From an uncultured Actinomycetes bacterium (lineage in GTDB: Bacteria > Actinomycetota > UBA4738 > HRBIN12): 64,000 nt of DNA. The translations under genes and the position numbers were made by a program. The DNA lies in NCBI GenBank assembly GCA_963817235.1, contig CAWFNS010000013.1:12354-76353 (forward strand), read 5' to 3'. How positions within the stretch are numbered: the first letter of the stretch is position 1; each line of letters opens with the position of its first letter. The notes beneath the pieces were generated by a model. The model had not been told where the DNA came from. It was given only the letters and a program-made list of their open reading frames with translations, and made no database searches. Below are positions 8,984-20,303 of this stretch, piece by piece.

Positions 8984-9880
8984 CTAGACGAGCTTCTCGC
9001 GCACCACGAACTCGGCCAGCCACGCGCGGAACTCGGGTCCAAGGTCGTCCCGTCCGGCGGCCAGCTCGACGCTCGCCCGCAGCGCGTCGCGCGGGTTCCC
9101 CACGTCGTAGCGGCCGGAGTCGAACCGGTACGCGTAGACGGCCTGCTCCTGGGCGAGGGCGTTGATCGCGTCGGTCAGCTGGATCTCGCCCCCCTTGCCC
9201 GGCGCCGTCCGACGCAGCGCGTCGAAGATCTCCGGCGTGAAGACGTAGCGGCCGATCGCGGCGAGGTTCGACGGGGCTTCATCCTCCGAAGGCTTCTCGA
9301 CGATCGACAGGATGCGGACGAGGTGCTCGTCGACCGGTTCGGGGTCGATGCACCCGTACATGGAGATCTCCTGGCGGCTGACCTCCATCGTCGCGACGAC
9401 GCTTCGCCCGAACGTGTCGTGGGCGCGCAGCATCTCGGGCAGCAGCGGCACCGACGGATGGATCAGGTCGTCGCCGAGGAGGACCGCGAACGGCTCGTTG
9501 CCGACGTGCGCCTCGGCGACCGACACCGCGTGGCCGAGCCCGAGCGCCTCCTTCTGCCGGACGGTGTGGATCTCGGCCATGTCCGAGATCTGGCGGATCG
9601 TCTTGAGCTCCTCGAACTTCCCCTTCGACTCGAGGAACAGCTCGAGCTCGATGCTCCGGTCGAAGTGGTCCTCGATCGCCTGCTGCCCGCGGCTGGTGAC
9701 GATCAGGATGTCCTCGATGCCGGCTCGCACGGCCTCCTCGACGACGAGCTGGATCGCGGGCGTGTCGACGATGGGGATCATCGCCTTCGGCTGCGCCTTC
9801 GTGGCGGGCAGGAAGCGCGTGCCGAGGCCGGCCGCCGGGATGACGCCCTTGCGAACCTTCGCGTGCCCTCTGGTTCCCAC
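8984..9880 (-). CDS. galU: UTP--glucose-1-phosphate uridylyltransferase
   Basis: VIPAAGLGTRFLPATKAQPK, QKEALGLGHA, VEKP, GGEIQLTDA. Confidence 0.97.
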   Translation of the reverse strand: MGTRGHAKVRKGVIPAAGLGTRFLPATKAQPKAMIPIVDTPAIQLVVEEAVRAGIEDILIVTSRGQQAIEDHFDRSIELELFLESKGKFEELKTIRQISDMAEIHTVRQKEALGLGHAVSVAEAHVGNEPFAVLLGDDLIHPSVPLLPEMLRAHDTFGRSVVATMEVSRQEISMYGCIDPEPVDEHLVRILSIVEKPSEDEAPSNLAAIGRYVFTPEIFDALRRTAPGKGGEIQLTDAINALAQEQAVYAYRFDSGRYDVGNPRDALRASVELAAGRDDLGPEFRAWLAEFVVREKLV

Positions 9881-10019
9881 GGGACGCGAACGATACGCAT
9901 CGATCCGCGACCGCGCCAGCCCTCGGCCTGCCTAGGACGTGCGAACCACGACCGGCGCCGAACGACCGACACGGGAGCGTCGCAAGATCGGCCGGGGGCC
10001 TCGGTAGACTTGCCCGTCG

Positions 10020-10373
10020 ATGCCTACGTACGAGTACGTCTGTAAGGCGTGCGGCCACGGGTTCGAGGTGGTGCGGTCGATGCACGACGCTCCGCTGACC
10101 GAATGTCCCGACTGCGGCGGGGAGCTCCGCAAGGTCTTCACGCCGCCGACGATCACGTTCAAGGGCTCGGGCTTCTACGCCACGGACCACAAGAAGCGCT
10201 CGGGATCGAGCGGCGCGAAGGACGGCGACAAGGCCACGGCGAAGCGCGAGAAGGGCGACGCGGGCGAGAAGAAGGACAAGAAGGACGGCGGGAGCACCGG
10301 CGGGTCGACCTCGACGTCCGGATCCGACGCGAGCTCGGGTGCGTCGAAGAAGGAGGGGGGGTCGGGAACGTGA
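10020..10373 (+). CDS. FmdB-family zinc-ribbon protein
   Basis: MPTYEYVCKACG..CPDCGG..FKGSGFYATD plus a Ser/Lys/Gly low-complexity tail. Confidence 0.92.
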   Translation: MPTYEYVCKACGHGFEVVRSMHDAPLTECPDCGGELRKVFTPPTITFKGSGFYATDHKKRSGSSGAKDGDKATAKREKGDAGEKKDKKDGGSTGGSTSTSGSDASSGASKKEGGSGT

Positions 10374-11164
10374 CGACGGCGGAGATCGGGGTGTTCGGCG
10401 GATCGGGCTTCTACGCGTTCCTCGAGGACCCGGAGGAGGTCGCGGTCGACACGCCCTACGGCGCGCCGGCCGCTCCGGTCACGGTCGGCACGATCGAAGG
10501 CCGGCGCGTCGCGTTCATCCCGCGGCACGGGCGCGACCACGAGTTCCCGCCCCACGAGGTCCCGTACCGCGCGAACGTGTGGGCGATGAAGGAACTCGGC
10601 GTCACGAGGCTCTTCGGCCCGTCGGCCGCCGGATCGCTCCGCCGCGACATCGCGCCGCGAACGTTCGTCGTGTGCGACCAGGCGATCGACTTCACGAAGA
10701 GCCGCCCCAACACGTTCTTCGACGGACCGACGACCACGCACGTGTCGTTCGCCGACCCGTACTGCCCGGTGCTGCGGCGGACACTCGTCGACGCCGCGCG
10801 GGACCGGTCGATCCAGCATCGCGACGGCGGCACGATGGTCGTGATCGAGGGCCCGCGGTTCTCGACGCGCGCCGAGTCGAGGATGTTCGCGCAGGTCGGG
10901 GGCGACGTGATCGGGATGACGCAGTTCCCCGAGGCGACGCTCGCGAAGGAGGCGGAGATGTGCTTCGCGAACGTCGCGCTCGTGACCGACTACGACGTCG
11001 GCGTGGACGACATCGCGCCGGTCTCGCACGCCGAGGTGCTGAAGGTGTTCGGGGAGAACATCGACGCCCTCCGCGGGCTGCTCTTCGCGGCGATCCCGTC
11101 GGTGCCGGCGGACCGGACCGGGTGTTCGTGCGCGGATGCGCTCGGCGGCTCCGGAGGGGACTGA
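10370..11164 (+). CDS. mtnP: S-methyl-5'-thioadenosine phosphorylase
   Basis: IGVFGGSG, TPYG, PRHG, YRAN, IEGPRFSTRAES, IGMT, LVTDYD; GTGA overlap with fmdB. Confidence 0.95.
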   Translation: MTTAEIGVFGGSGFYAFLEDPEEVAVDTPYGAPAAPVTVGTIEGRRVAFIPRHGRDHEFPPHEVPYRANVWAMKELGVTRLFGPSAAGSLRRDIAPRTFVVCDQAIDFTKSRPNTFFDGPTTTHVSFADPYCPVLRRTLVDAARDRSIQHRDGGTMVVIEGPRFSTRAESRMFAQVGGDVIGMTQFPEATLAKEAEMCFANVALVTDYDVGVDDIAPVSHAEVLKVFGENIDALRGLLFAAIPSVPADRTGCSCADALGGSGGD

Positions 11165-11167
11165 CCG

Positions 11168-11347
11168 ATGCCGCGCAGCCTCGTCCGGATCGAGCTGGCG
11201 TTCACGTCCGAGGAGGACCCCGACCAGACCGCGGAGCGGATCCGCGAGGCCGTGTCGATGATCGTGGGGCGCGAGGCGCTCGAGGACTTCCGGGTCCGGA
11301 CGATGCCGCTCGACAAGAAGCGCGATCACCTTCGACCCGTCGACTGA
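11168..11347 (+). CDS. Small hypothetical protein (59 aa), not in the ORF track
   Basis: MPRSLVRIELAFTSEEDPDQTAERIREAVSMIVGREALEDFRVRTMPLDKKRDHLRPVD*; GGAGGGG RBS; starts 3 nt after the mtnP stop; strong GC3 bias. Confidence 0.75.
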   Translation: MPRSLVRIELAFTSEEDPDQTAERIREAVSMIVGREALEDFRVRTMPLDKKRDHLRPVD

Positions 11348-11398
11348 CGTGACCGTCGTCACGGCCCGGGGGCGGGCCGGGCGCGTAGGTTCGCGCGG

Positions 11399-12104
11399 AT
11401 GCGCACGATCTCGCTCCGTCGGCGGCTCCCGCCGTCCTCGAAGGTGCTCCTCGGACTGGCGGCCGGGTGCGCACTCGCGGCGTTCGCCCTGGTGCACGCG
11501 CAAGGGGCGCGCGCGGCGAGCCAGGGCCGCAGCGACGTCACCGTCCAGGTCGTGGTCGCCGCGCACGACCTCGCCGCCGGGCTCGACCTCACGGAGGACG
11601 ACGTGCAGATGCAGTCCGTACCGGAGGCCGGCGAGCCGCCGGGTGCCCTGACGTCGGTCACCGCCGCGACGGGCCGCGTTCCGACGGGCCGGATCGCGGC
11701 AGGCGAGGTGCTGACGCTCACGCGCGTCGCGACCAGCCTGCTGTCGGGAAGCGTGCCGTTCGGCGACGTCGCGGTGACGGTCACGTTCGCCTCGGTCCCC
11801 GACGGGCTCACCGTCGCCGACCGCGTCGACGCCTACGCCACGTTCGGCGGCGCCCGACCGTTCACGACGCTCGCGGGTGAGGACCTGCGCGTGCTGCGGA
11901 TCGGGACGAGCGACGGAGCAGGACCTCGGCCAGGACCGCGGCACGCGCATCACGCTCGATGTCGACCCGGCCACAGCGCGGCAGCTCGTCGAGGCCGACG
12001 CGACCGGTTCGCTCGCGCTCGTCGTGCGCGGCGCCGGCGTCGTCACAGCATCTCCATCCCCGTCGCCGTCCTCGGAGGTTCAACCGCCGGAACCGTCCGG
12101 ATAG
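11399..12104 (+). CDS. SAF-domain / RcpC-CpaB-like membrane-anchored protein (frameshift ~11915)
   Basis: N-terminal TM, VVVAAHDLAAG.L..DDV (SAF), DRVDAYAT, ITLDVDPATARQL. Confidence 0.8.
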
Positions 12105-12135
12105 ACTCGCCGCGCCTCCGACCGAAGGGAACCGC

Positions 12136-12976
12136 GTGACGATCTTCCAGGCGATCGTGCTCGGCCTGGTTCAAGGCATCACCGAGTTCGCGCCGGTCTC
12201 CAGCAGCGGCCACCTGATCCTGGTCCCGTGGCTCTTCGGGTGGACGATCGTCCAGGATCCGGCGCTCAACAAGACCTTCGACGTCGCGCTGCACATGGGG
12301 ACGCTCCTCGGCGCGCTCATCTACTTCTGGAGCGACGTCGTGCGCTACGTGAAGGCATGGTTCGCGTCGATCCGGCGTCGGTCGATCGGCTCGGTCGACG
12401 AGAAGCTCGCGTGGGCGCTCGTGATCGGCACGATCCCCGGCGCCCTCGCCGGCGCGTTGTTCGAGAGCACGATCGAGGAGAAGCTCGGGCAGCCGTGGCT
12501 GATCGCCGTGATGCTCGCGGTGTTCGGCGTCGTCCTGTACGTCGTGGACCGGATCTGCCGCAGCCGATCGCAGCTTCGAGACGATCGGCCCCCGGACCGG
12601 GCTGTTCCTCGGCGCTGCGCAGGCCCTCGCCCTGCAGCCGGGCGTGTCGCGGTCCGGCGTCACCTTGACCGCCTCCCGGCTGATCGGGCTCGACCGCGAG
12701 TCGGCGGCCCGGTTCTCCTTCCTGCTGGCGATGCCGATCATCGCCGGCGCCGGGATCTCGAAGACGATCGACGCGGCCCACACGGGCCTGCACGGCTACG
12801 GCCCGCAGTTCGTCTGGGGCTTCGCGGCCTCCGCGGTCAGCGGCTTCGCGGTGATCTGGTTCCTGCTGCGCTACCTGCGCCGGCACGACTTCCTGGTGTT
12901 CATGATCTACCGCCTCGCCGTGGCGGCGCTCGTGCTCGGGCTGATCGCGACCGGCGTGCGCTCGGCCTCGATCTGA
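12136..12976 (+). CDS. uppP: Undecaprenyl-diphosphate phosphatase (frameshift ~12565)
   Basis: GLVQGITEFAPVSSSGH, LHMGT, QPGVSRSG, ARFSFLL. Confidence 0.95.
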
Positions 12977-12979
12977 ACC

Positions 12980-14325
12980 TCAGACGCCCGCGAGCGTCAT
13001 CTCCCCGATCAACAGCGACGGCGTGCCGACGCTGGAGAAGAACCGGAGGTCGTTGCCGACGGCGTCGACCGACCGGAGCATCTCGGGCAGCGTCGAGGCG
13101 ATCGTCATCTCGCGGAGCGGCTCGCCGAGCGCCCCGCCCGCGATCCGCCTGCCGGTGGCGCCCACGCTGAACTCGCCGCTGATCGGGTTCGCGCCCGAAT
13201 GGACGCCCGTCACATCCATGATCAGCACGCCGCCCTCGGCCTTCGCGAGGAGCTCCTCGAACGACGGCGTCCCCGCCTCGAAGTAGAAGTTCGAGGTGCC
13301 GACGCCCGGCGTCGAGCGATAGCCGGCCCGCTTCGCGTTGCCGGTGGAGCGCTGCGACCCGCCGGTGCGCCGCGCCGTGTACGTGTCGTGCAGGAACCCC
13401 GTCAACGTGCCGCTGCTGAGCAGCTCGATCCGGCCACTGGGCACGCCCTCGTCGTCGAACGGACACGAGCCGGGCCCGTCGGGACGCCGGCCGTCGTCGA
13501 CGAGCGTGACGACCTCGGAGCCGACCGCCGTTCCCGTCATGCCGGCGAACAACGAGCGGCCCTTCAGCACGTTCTCCGCGTTCAACGTCCCGGCGAGCAC
13601 GCCGAGGAAGCTGGAGGCCGCGAACGGATCCAGCACCACGGGGAGCTTCGCGGTCGACGGTTTCACGGCGCCGAGCATCTGGACGCCCCGGTCGACCGCC
13701 TCGTCGGCGATCGGCTGCCACGACAGCCGGTCCAGCCCGCGCTCGATCGCGTAGGAGAACCCGGTCTGCGTCTCCTCACCCGAGACCGCGAGCGTCACGA
13801 CCACGACCCACGCGTCGGTCCGCGCGTACTCGGCGTCGACGCCCGTCGTCGAGGCGATCGCGACCGTGCCGACGGCGTCGCCGACCTGCGCCAGGTCCAG
13901 CTTCGACACGCGCGGATCGCGCGACACGGCGTAGCGCTCGAGCTCGAGGGCGAGCCGAACCTTCTCCTCGACGGGCGTCGCCGCGCTCGAGGCGTCGAAG
14001 AGCTCGGGCAGCGGCGTCGCTGCCTCGGCCTCGCGGCAGGGCGTTGTGCTCGTCCGGCTCGGCGAGCGCCGCGTTGTCGCGCGCGCGAGCGACCGTCTCG
14101 ACGACCTCCGCGAGCGAGGGATCGGCGGCCCAGGCGTAGCCGAGCCGGCCGTCGCGGATCAGGCGGACGCCGACGCCGCGCGACTCCGCGAACGTCATGC
14201 CCTCGACCTCGCCCCGGAGGGCCTTGACCTCGGTGTGGCGGCTCTCCTCGGCGTAGGCCTCGACCTGCTCGGCGGCCTCGCGCGGCGCCGACGGCGGCCT
14301 GGACGAGCTCGCGGAGCTCAGGCAC
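12980..14325 (-). CDS. pmbA: TldE/PmbA protein (frameshifts ~14280 and ~14030)
   Basis: GVGVRLIRDGRLGYA, PFDDEG, STGNA, NPISGEFSVG; pairs with tldD. Confidence 0.9.
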
Positions 14326-15703
14326 CGGTCCCTCCCACCGTGATCCGGCCGATCCGCAACGTCGGCGAACCGCTGCCGACCGGCGCCCCCTGCCCGTCCT
14401 TGCCGCAGACGCCTTCCCACGTCTCGAAATCGCTGCCGACGGCGTCGACCGAGGACATCACCTCGATCGCGCGACCGATCAGGTTCGCGCCCCGCACGGG
14501 GGTCGTGACCGCGCCGCCCTCGATGAGGTATCCCTCGGACACCCCGAACACGAAGTCGCCGGTCGCCGGGTTCACCTGCCCGCCGCCGAGCCCGCGGACG
14601 TAGATCCCGCGCTCCGTCGAGCGGACGATCTCGTCGGGATCCTCGCGGCCCGGCAGGATGTTCGTGTTCGTCATGCGGACGATCGGCGGGTGCGCGTAGG
14701 ACTCGCGCCGCGCGTTGCCGGTCGGCGCCACGCCCATCTTCGCGGCCAGCATCCGGTCCTGGAGGAACCCCTGGAGCACGCCCTCGGTGAACAACACCGT
14801 CCGCTGCCCCGGTTCGCCCTCGTCGTCGAAGTCGAAGGAACCCCAGCCGTTGGGGATCGTGGCGTCGTCCACGCCGTCGATCAGCTCGCTGGCGCACCGC
14901 GTCCCGACGAGCCCGCGGTAGACCGACGCCTCCTTGTCCACGGCATCGGCCTCGAGCGGATGGCCGACGGCCTCGTGGAACAGGACGCCGCCACACCCGT
15001 TCGCGACGACGACCGGCATCTCGCCGGCCGGGGCCGGGATCGAATCGAGCATCGTCACGGCGCGGCTCGCCGCACGCTCCGCCGTCACCCGCGGCGGGTG
15101 CGCGTCCAGGAACTCCACGCCGGCGCACGCCGCCGGCCCGTCCCAGCCGGTCTGGATCACGTCGCCGCGCTTCGCGACGACCTGGGCCACCAGCCGGATC
15201 CGCGGGCGCAGCTCGTCGATCCACCGACCGTCGGAGGCGGCGATCAGCCGTCGCTGCGCCGAGTCCATGTAGATGCCGGTGACCTGCACGACCTCGGGAC
15301 TGACGCCCCGCGCCACCTCGTCGACCTCGCGCAACCACCGCACCTTGTCGGCGGCCGGCAGTCCATCGGCCGGCCGCTCGGCCCGGTTCGTGCCGGGGCC
15401 GGTGCGCTCGGTCAGGTCGACGATCGCGCCCGGCGCGTCGCCGCGGAGCGCGGCGCTCGCGGCCTCGGCCGCCGCGAGCAGGGCGTCGCGGTCGAGCCGG
15501 TTCGAGTAGGCGTAGCCGTACGTGGTGCCGAGGGTGACGCGGACGCCCGCGCCGCGGTCCAACCCGGTGGTGAGCTCCTCGATCGTGCCGTCGTCGAGGC
15601 GGATCGACGTCGAGGACCGTTCCTCGACGAACACCTCCGCGACGTCGCCGCCCTTGCGGCGGGCGGCGCGCAGGACTTCCTCGACGAGGTCGCGGTCGAG
15701 CAC
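14318..15703 (-). CDS. tldD: TldD metalloprotease
   Basis: HEAVGHPLEAD, FDDEG, TGNARRESY, RMTNT, CGKDGQ. Confidence 0.95.
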   Translation of the reverse strand: MLDRDLVEEVLRAARRKGGDVAEVFVEERSSTSIRLDDGTIEELTTGLDRGAGVRVTLGTTYGYAYSNRLDRDALLAAAEAASAALRGDAPGAIVDLTERTGPGTNRAERPADGLPAADKVRWLREVDEVARGVSPEVVQVTGIYMDSAQRRLIAASDGRWIDELRPRIRLVAQVVAKRGDVIQTGWDGPAACAGVEFLDAHPPRVTAERAASRAVTMLDSIPAPAGEMPVVVANGCGGVLFHEAVGHPLEADAVDKEASVYRGLVGTRCASELIDGVDDATIPNGWGSFDFDDEGEPGQRTVLFTEGVLQGFLQDRMLAAKMGVAPTGNARRESYAHPPIVRMTNTNILPGREDPDEIVRSTERGIYVRGLGGGQVNPATGDFVFGVSEGYLIEGGAVTTPVRGANLIGRAIEVMSSVDAVGSDFETWEGVCGKDGQGAPVGSGSPTLRIGRITVGGTGA

Positions 15704-15764
15704 GGCGGCGATGCTACCAGTGGCCTGGGGCGCGAACGCCCGGTGGTACGGTCGCCCGGCGGAC

Positions 15765-17671
15765 GTGGCGATCACCGACGAAGCGACGAGCGAGACGGCC
15801 CCGAGGCTCCGACCGAGCCAAGCCCGCGCGGCGATCGACCTCGCGTTGCTCGTCGCGCTCGGGGCGGTCGTGCTGCGCGTGGCGCTGTGGCCGACGGAGA
15901 TCCACGGGTACCCCTTCGCGGTCGGTCCCGACATGCCGGTGTACCTGTGGTGGGCGCGCGTCGGCGCGGCCGGCGGGATCTCGCTGGTCGGCGAGCGACC
16001 CGGCACGCCCGCGCTGATCCCGACCCTCGCCGCGGCGCTCGGGACCGGCATCGTCCCCGCGCTCGCCGGGCTCCAGTACGCGCTCGGACCGGCGATCGCG
16101 CTCGCGGTCGCCGCGCTCGTGCGCGGCCGCGGCGCGCTGCCGCGCGGGGGGTGGCTCGCCGCGACGATCCTGAGCGCCGCCTGGGCGACCTTCATGGCCG
16201 GGGGGTACCTCGCGAACCTCGCCTTCGTGGCGGCGTTCCTCGCCGCGGCCGCGTTGCTCGCCCGCCGCACGCGCCGGGGGGCGCTCGCCGCGGCCGTGCT
16301 GCTCGGCGGCGGCGGGCTCGCGCACCCGGAGTTCTTCGCGTTCGGCGTGCTCGTACTGCTGGTGACCGCGGCGTGGGCCTGGTGGCGGGACCGGCGCCTG
16401 TCGCTCGGCACGGACGCGGGCCGCGTGCTGGCGGCGACCGGCGGCGGCATCGCCCTCGTGCTCGGCGGGCTGCTCGCGAGCCTGATCGGACCGGCGCGGC
16501 TCGGCGGCGACACCTCGATGGACGGCCTGCTCCGGCGGACCGGCGAACTCGCCGCGCTGCGCCGCAGCTACGTCGACCGGCTCGTCCTGAACTGGCGCCG
16601 CTACGCGCCGTTCATGACGAGCGCGCTCGCGATCGCCGGGGCGTTCCGAGCCCGCGGGTTCACGCGGCGGTTCCTCGTCGCCTGGGTCGTCCTCACCGCG
16701 ATCATGCTGCCGGTCGGCGCCCTCACGGGCTGGTTCCCGCCGGACCGGATCGTGATGTTCGCGTTCTGCCTCCCGGCGCTCGCGGGGTTCGGGCTGGTGT
16801 GGATCGGCGACCGGCTCGGCCGGTGGTGGCTCGCATGGCCGGCCGGCATCGTGCTCGTGACGCTGATCGTGCTGCCCGCGCTGCGCGACTGGCGGGCGCA
16901 GGAGACGTACGTGTCGCCGGCCGAACTCGAGCAGGTGACGCTCGCCGGGCGCATCGCGGCGACCACCCCGCCCGGCACCGCGCTCGTGTTCACGACCGAC
17001 AGCCCGGACACGCAGGAGGCGCTGTTCCGCCGGTCGCACCTGTTGAACGTGGCCCGCGCCGGCGTGCCGCCGGAGCGCGCCGGCGACGTCTTCACGTTCC
17101 TCGGCCGGCCGCAGGACCTGCTGGCCGGCAGGCCGAGCGAGCGGAACGATCCCGCCTACGACGCCGCCTCGGCGGATTCGCTCGCCCAGATCCCGGCGGG
17201 ACCGCGGGTCGTCTTCGTGATCGGCGAGGTGAACGATCCCGCGGCGCTCGGCGCCTCGGGTCTGACGCGCTGGTCGGCCGGCCTCGCGAGCACGGCGACC
17301 GACCCGCGACCCCTGCCCGCCTCGGCCGGCGAGCTGCGCGCGTCGGACCCCTCGACGATCGAACGGACCACGGTGCGGACCTTCGTCCTGCTGCTGGCCC
17401 TCGGCCTCGGCTGGGGGTGGTGGGCGATGGGCGACGCTCCCCGGTGGGTTCGCCATCGCGCCCGCGTTCGGTGCGGCGACGCTGACGCTCGCGGCGCTCG
17501 GCCTAGAGCGGATCGGAGCCGACCTCGAGCGCGGGACGACCGCCGCCCTCGCGTGCGTGCTCGCGGGCGGCATCGGCTACGCGCTGCTCGTCGCCCGGCT
17601 GCTCGGGCGCCGGCGCCGGCGCGCCGCCCGCGGGCTCGTCCTCGAAGGGCCATCCGAACCGCGATGCGTGA
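15765..17671 (+). CDS. Multi-pass membrane protein, putative GT-C-fold glycosyltransferase (frameshifts ~17440 and ~17645)
   Basis: More than 10 TM segments; first loop GPDMPVYLWW carries an Asp; LAHP motif; extracytoplasmic C-terminal domain. Confidence 0.6.
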
Positions 17672-19139
17672 GCGCAGATCCGAGATCACGGCGATCACGA
17701 ACACGATCAGCACCGGCACGACGAGCCAATCGCCGATCGCCACGTTCAGCGCGAAGCCACCCGGATAGCGGTACGCCTCGGCCGACCAGAGGGTCACGCC
17801 CAGCAGGGCGCCCGTGCCGATCAGCGCGGTCCGCGGCACCTTCGGCAGGACCCACACGAGCGGCATCGCCCACACCACGTACCAGGGCAAGAGCACCGGC
17901 CCGAGGAGCGTCAGGAGCACGAGCGCCCATCCCCACGCCGCGGCCTGTTCGCGCGGGGTCATCTCCCCTCCCGCGGCGCGACGCCACACCGCACGGGCCA
18001 GCACCGCCAGGCACGCGAGCAGCAGCACCGCCGCCGCGACCCGGATCACCCAGCCGAGCGTGTGGAACGTCAGCGCGTCGAACCCCCGCGCGAGCACGCT
18101 CGCCGGGGCGAGCCAGCCTTCGTGCCCGGCCAGCTCGAGCATCCCGAGCGTCGGGTCGTGCAGCTGGAAGTACGGGAGCGACAACGCGATCGTGATCGCG
18201 GCCGGCACCCCGATCACGGCCAGCGCCGTCCGGAGGCGGCGCTCGCGCGGGACGCTCCCGATGCACCACACCACGAGCAGCAGCAGCGGGAGCACGGCCG
18301 TCGCCTTCACGAGCGCGCCGAGCGTGAGGACCGCGATCGCGAGCAGCCGGCGGTCGGCGACCACCAACGCGAACGCGCCCGCGATCGCGAGCGCGACGAG
18401 CAGGTCGTTGTGCCCGCTCGCGACCGAGTGGAACAGGATCACCGGGTTCGCCCCGAAGGCCACGAGCGCGAACACCGTGCGCTCCGGCCAGAGCCGGCGC
18501 ACCGTCCACACGATCACGCCGCAGGTGGCGAGGCTCGCCGCGATCGCGAGGTAGCGGTACGCCTCGACGTGATCGGCCGGCAGCGGGAGGAACCTCGACA
18601 TGACGGCGGACAGCGACGTCCAGGCCGGTCCGTAGACCGCCGGCGTGTCGACCCAGCGCGGCCCGACGTAGTTCCACAGGAGATCGCCCGTGTGATCGAG
18701 CGGCGTCTGCACGTACGGGTTGCCGCCGTAGATCGCGGCGATCCGGCCGTAGTACGCGTAGGAGTAGACGTCGTTGGAGAACAGGAGCGGCTCGAACAGC
18801 AGCAGCGCGTGGGCGCCGATCACGAGCACGGCGGCCGCGGCCAGGCGGATCGTGCCGCGGAACGCCTCGCGCAGCAGGAGGAGGAACCCCACCGTCGCGA
18901 TCAGCGCGACGACCACGCCGATCGCCAGCTGGGGATCGCCGTGCACCACATCGAGATGCAAGCGCGGTCGCGAGGTCGCGCAGCGGACCCCTCGGCCGTC
19001 CGTTCGGCGTCAAGGTCGGCTGGTACGGGGAGCGGGGCGTGGCGCCGACGACCGCCATCACGAACAGCCCGGCCGCCGCGAACGCGAGGCTCCGCACCGC
19101 GGCCGAGGAGGTCCCGCGTGCGCGCGTGCCCGTTCCCAC
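17503..19139 (-). CDS. MptB/MptA-like polyprenol-phosphomannose-dependent alpha-mannosyltransferase (GT-C) (frameshifts ~18960 and ~17645)
   Basis: PLLFSNDVYSYAYYGR, NPY, AVYGP, ANP..GHND, LVK, PWY. Confidence 0.85.
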
Positions 19140-19213
19140 GATGCGTCCGACGGTAGCACCGGACCGCCGGCCGAGGAGGTCCCGCGTGGGAGGATGCCCG
19201 CATGCCACGCGGC

Positions 19214-19952
19214 ATGAAGCTCGGGCTCGGGATCGCGCTCACCCTGATCGGCCTGTTCATGACGATCGGCGGCGTCGCGATCGTGGCGTGGGTCGGGCTG
19301 GACGGGTCGTTCGCGCTGTCGGAGTCACGAGCCGTGAGCGACGGGAACGCCCTCGTGTTCGACGACATCGCCATCGACCGGCACCTGCCCTCGAGCGGCA
19401 ACCTCGCGACGACGCTCGAGCTGCGCGTCCAAGGGAGCCACAAGGACGTCTTCATCGGGGTCGGCCCGGCGGCCCTCGTCGCGCGCTACCTGCGCGGCGT
19501 GCCCGTCGACCGGATCGTGCAGGTGAACTGGGCCGGCGGCGTCCGCACCGAATCGGTCCCCGGTTCGGCGGCGCCCGCCGGGCGCGCCCGCGACGAAGAA
19601 GCTCTGGACCGTGCAGGCGCAGGGGTCCACGGCGTCGATCCGCTGGACCCTCGCGGACGGCGATTGGATCGTCGTGATCATGAACGCGGACGCGTCGGCG
19701 GGGGTGGACGTCACCGGCTCGGCGTCGGTCACGCTGCCGCTCCTTGGACCCATCGGCGCCGTCGTCCTCGCCGTCGGTCTCGCGTTCCTCGTCGGGGGCA
19801 TCCTGCTGACGATCAGCGGGACGAAGATGCGGTCGGCGCCGGCGTCGGCGTCCGGCACGGCGCCTCCGCGCGTCGCCGGCCCGGGGGATGCGCGTCCGGA
19901 TGTGCCCGCGGGCACGGACGAGGCGCCGCCGCCGAGGCCGGACACCGGCTGA
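19214..19952 (+). CDS. Hypothetical membrane protein, 2 TM flanking an extracytoplasmic beta-rich domain (frameshift ~19580)
   Basis: MKLGLGIALTLIG.., VFIGVGP..VARYL, GDWIVVIMNAD, C-terminal TM. Confidence 0.75.
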
Positions 19953-19984
19953 AGGACGCGCGGCGTCGCTGCTACGCTCCGCGG

Positions 19985-20303
19985 ATGGACGAGAACCGCG
20001 GGCCCGCGCTCGCGATCGCCGGCGTGGCGATCGTGTTCCTGGCGTTCCTCCCGTTCCTGATCCCGACGCTGATCTGGCTCGTCCTCACCGGGCTACGCGA
20101 TCACGAAGGCGATCGGCTCGGCGCCCGACTCGGCGAACCCCACCGCCGTGCTCCTGGCCGTCGTCGCGATCGTCACGTTCTTCACGCTCGCGCTCGCCGG
20201 CGCGATCTACGCGATCGGCCGCTCGATGACCCCGAAGAAGCGGCGCGACCCCGACACGGTTCGCGATCGCGAGGCCGACCGGCCGAGCGAGCTGCCCGCC
20301 TAA
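19985..20303 (+). CDS. Small 2-3 TM hypothetical protein (frameshift ~20090)
   Basis: MDENRGPALAIAGVAIVFLAFLPF.. joins ..NPTAVLLAVVAIVTFFTLALAG..; TACGCT -10 6 nt upstream. Confidence 0.6.

Noticed and set aside
7283-10045. Very long antisense or alternate-frame ORFs (also 14690-17485, 22863-25430, 26798-29566, 33529-35730 and most of 52006-55179)
   Set aside because: They are Arg/Ala/Pro-rich shadows of real genes, expected at this GC content, with no family motifs beyond frameshifted pieces of the real genes.
12980-15703. TldD/TldE as part of a RiPP cluster
   Set aside because: No precursor peptide, YcaO or other modifying enzyme nearby; consistent with the housekeeping pair.
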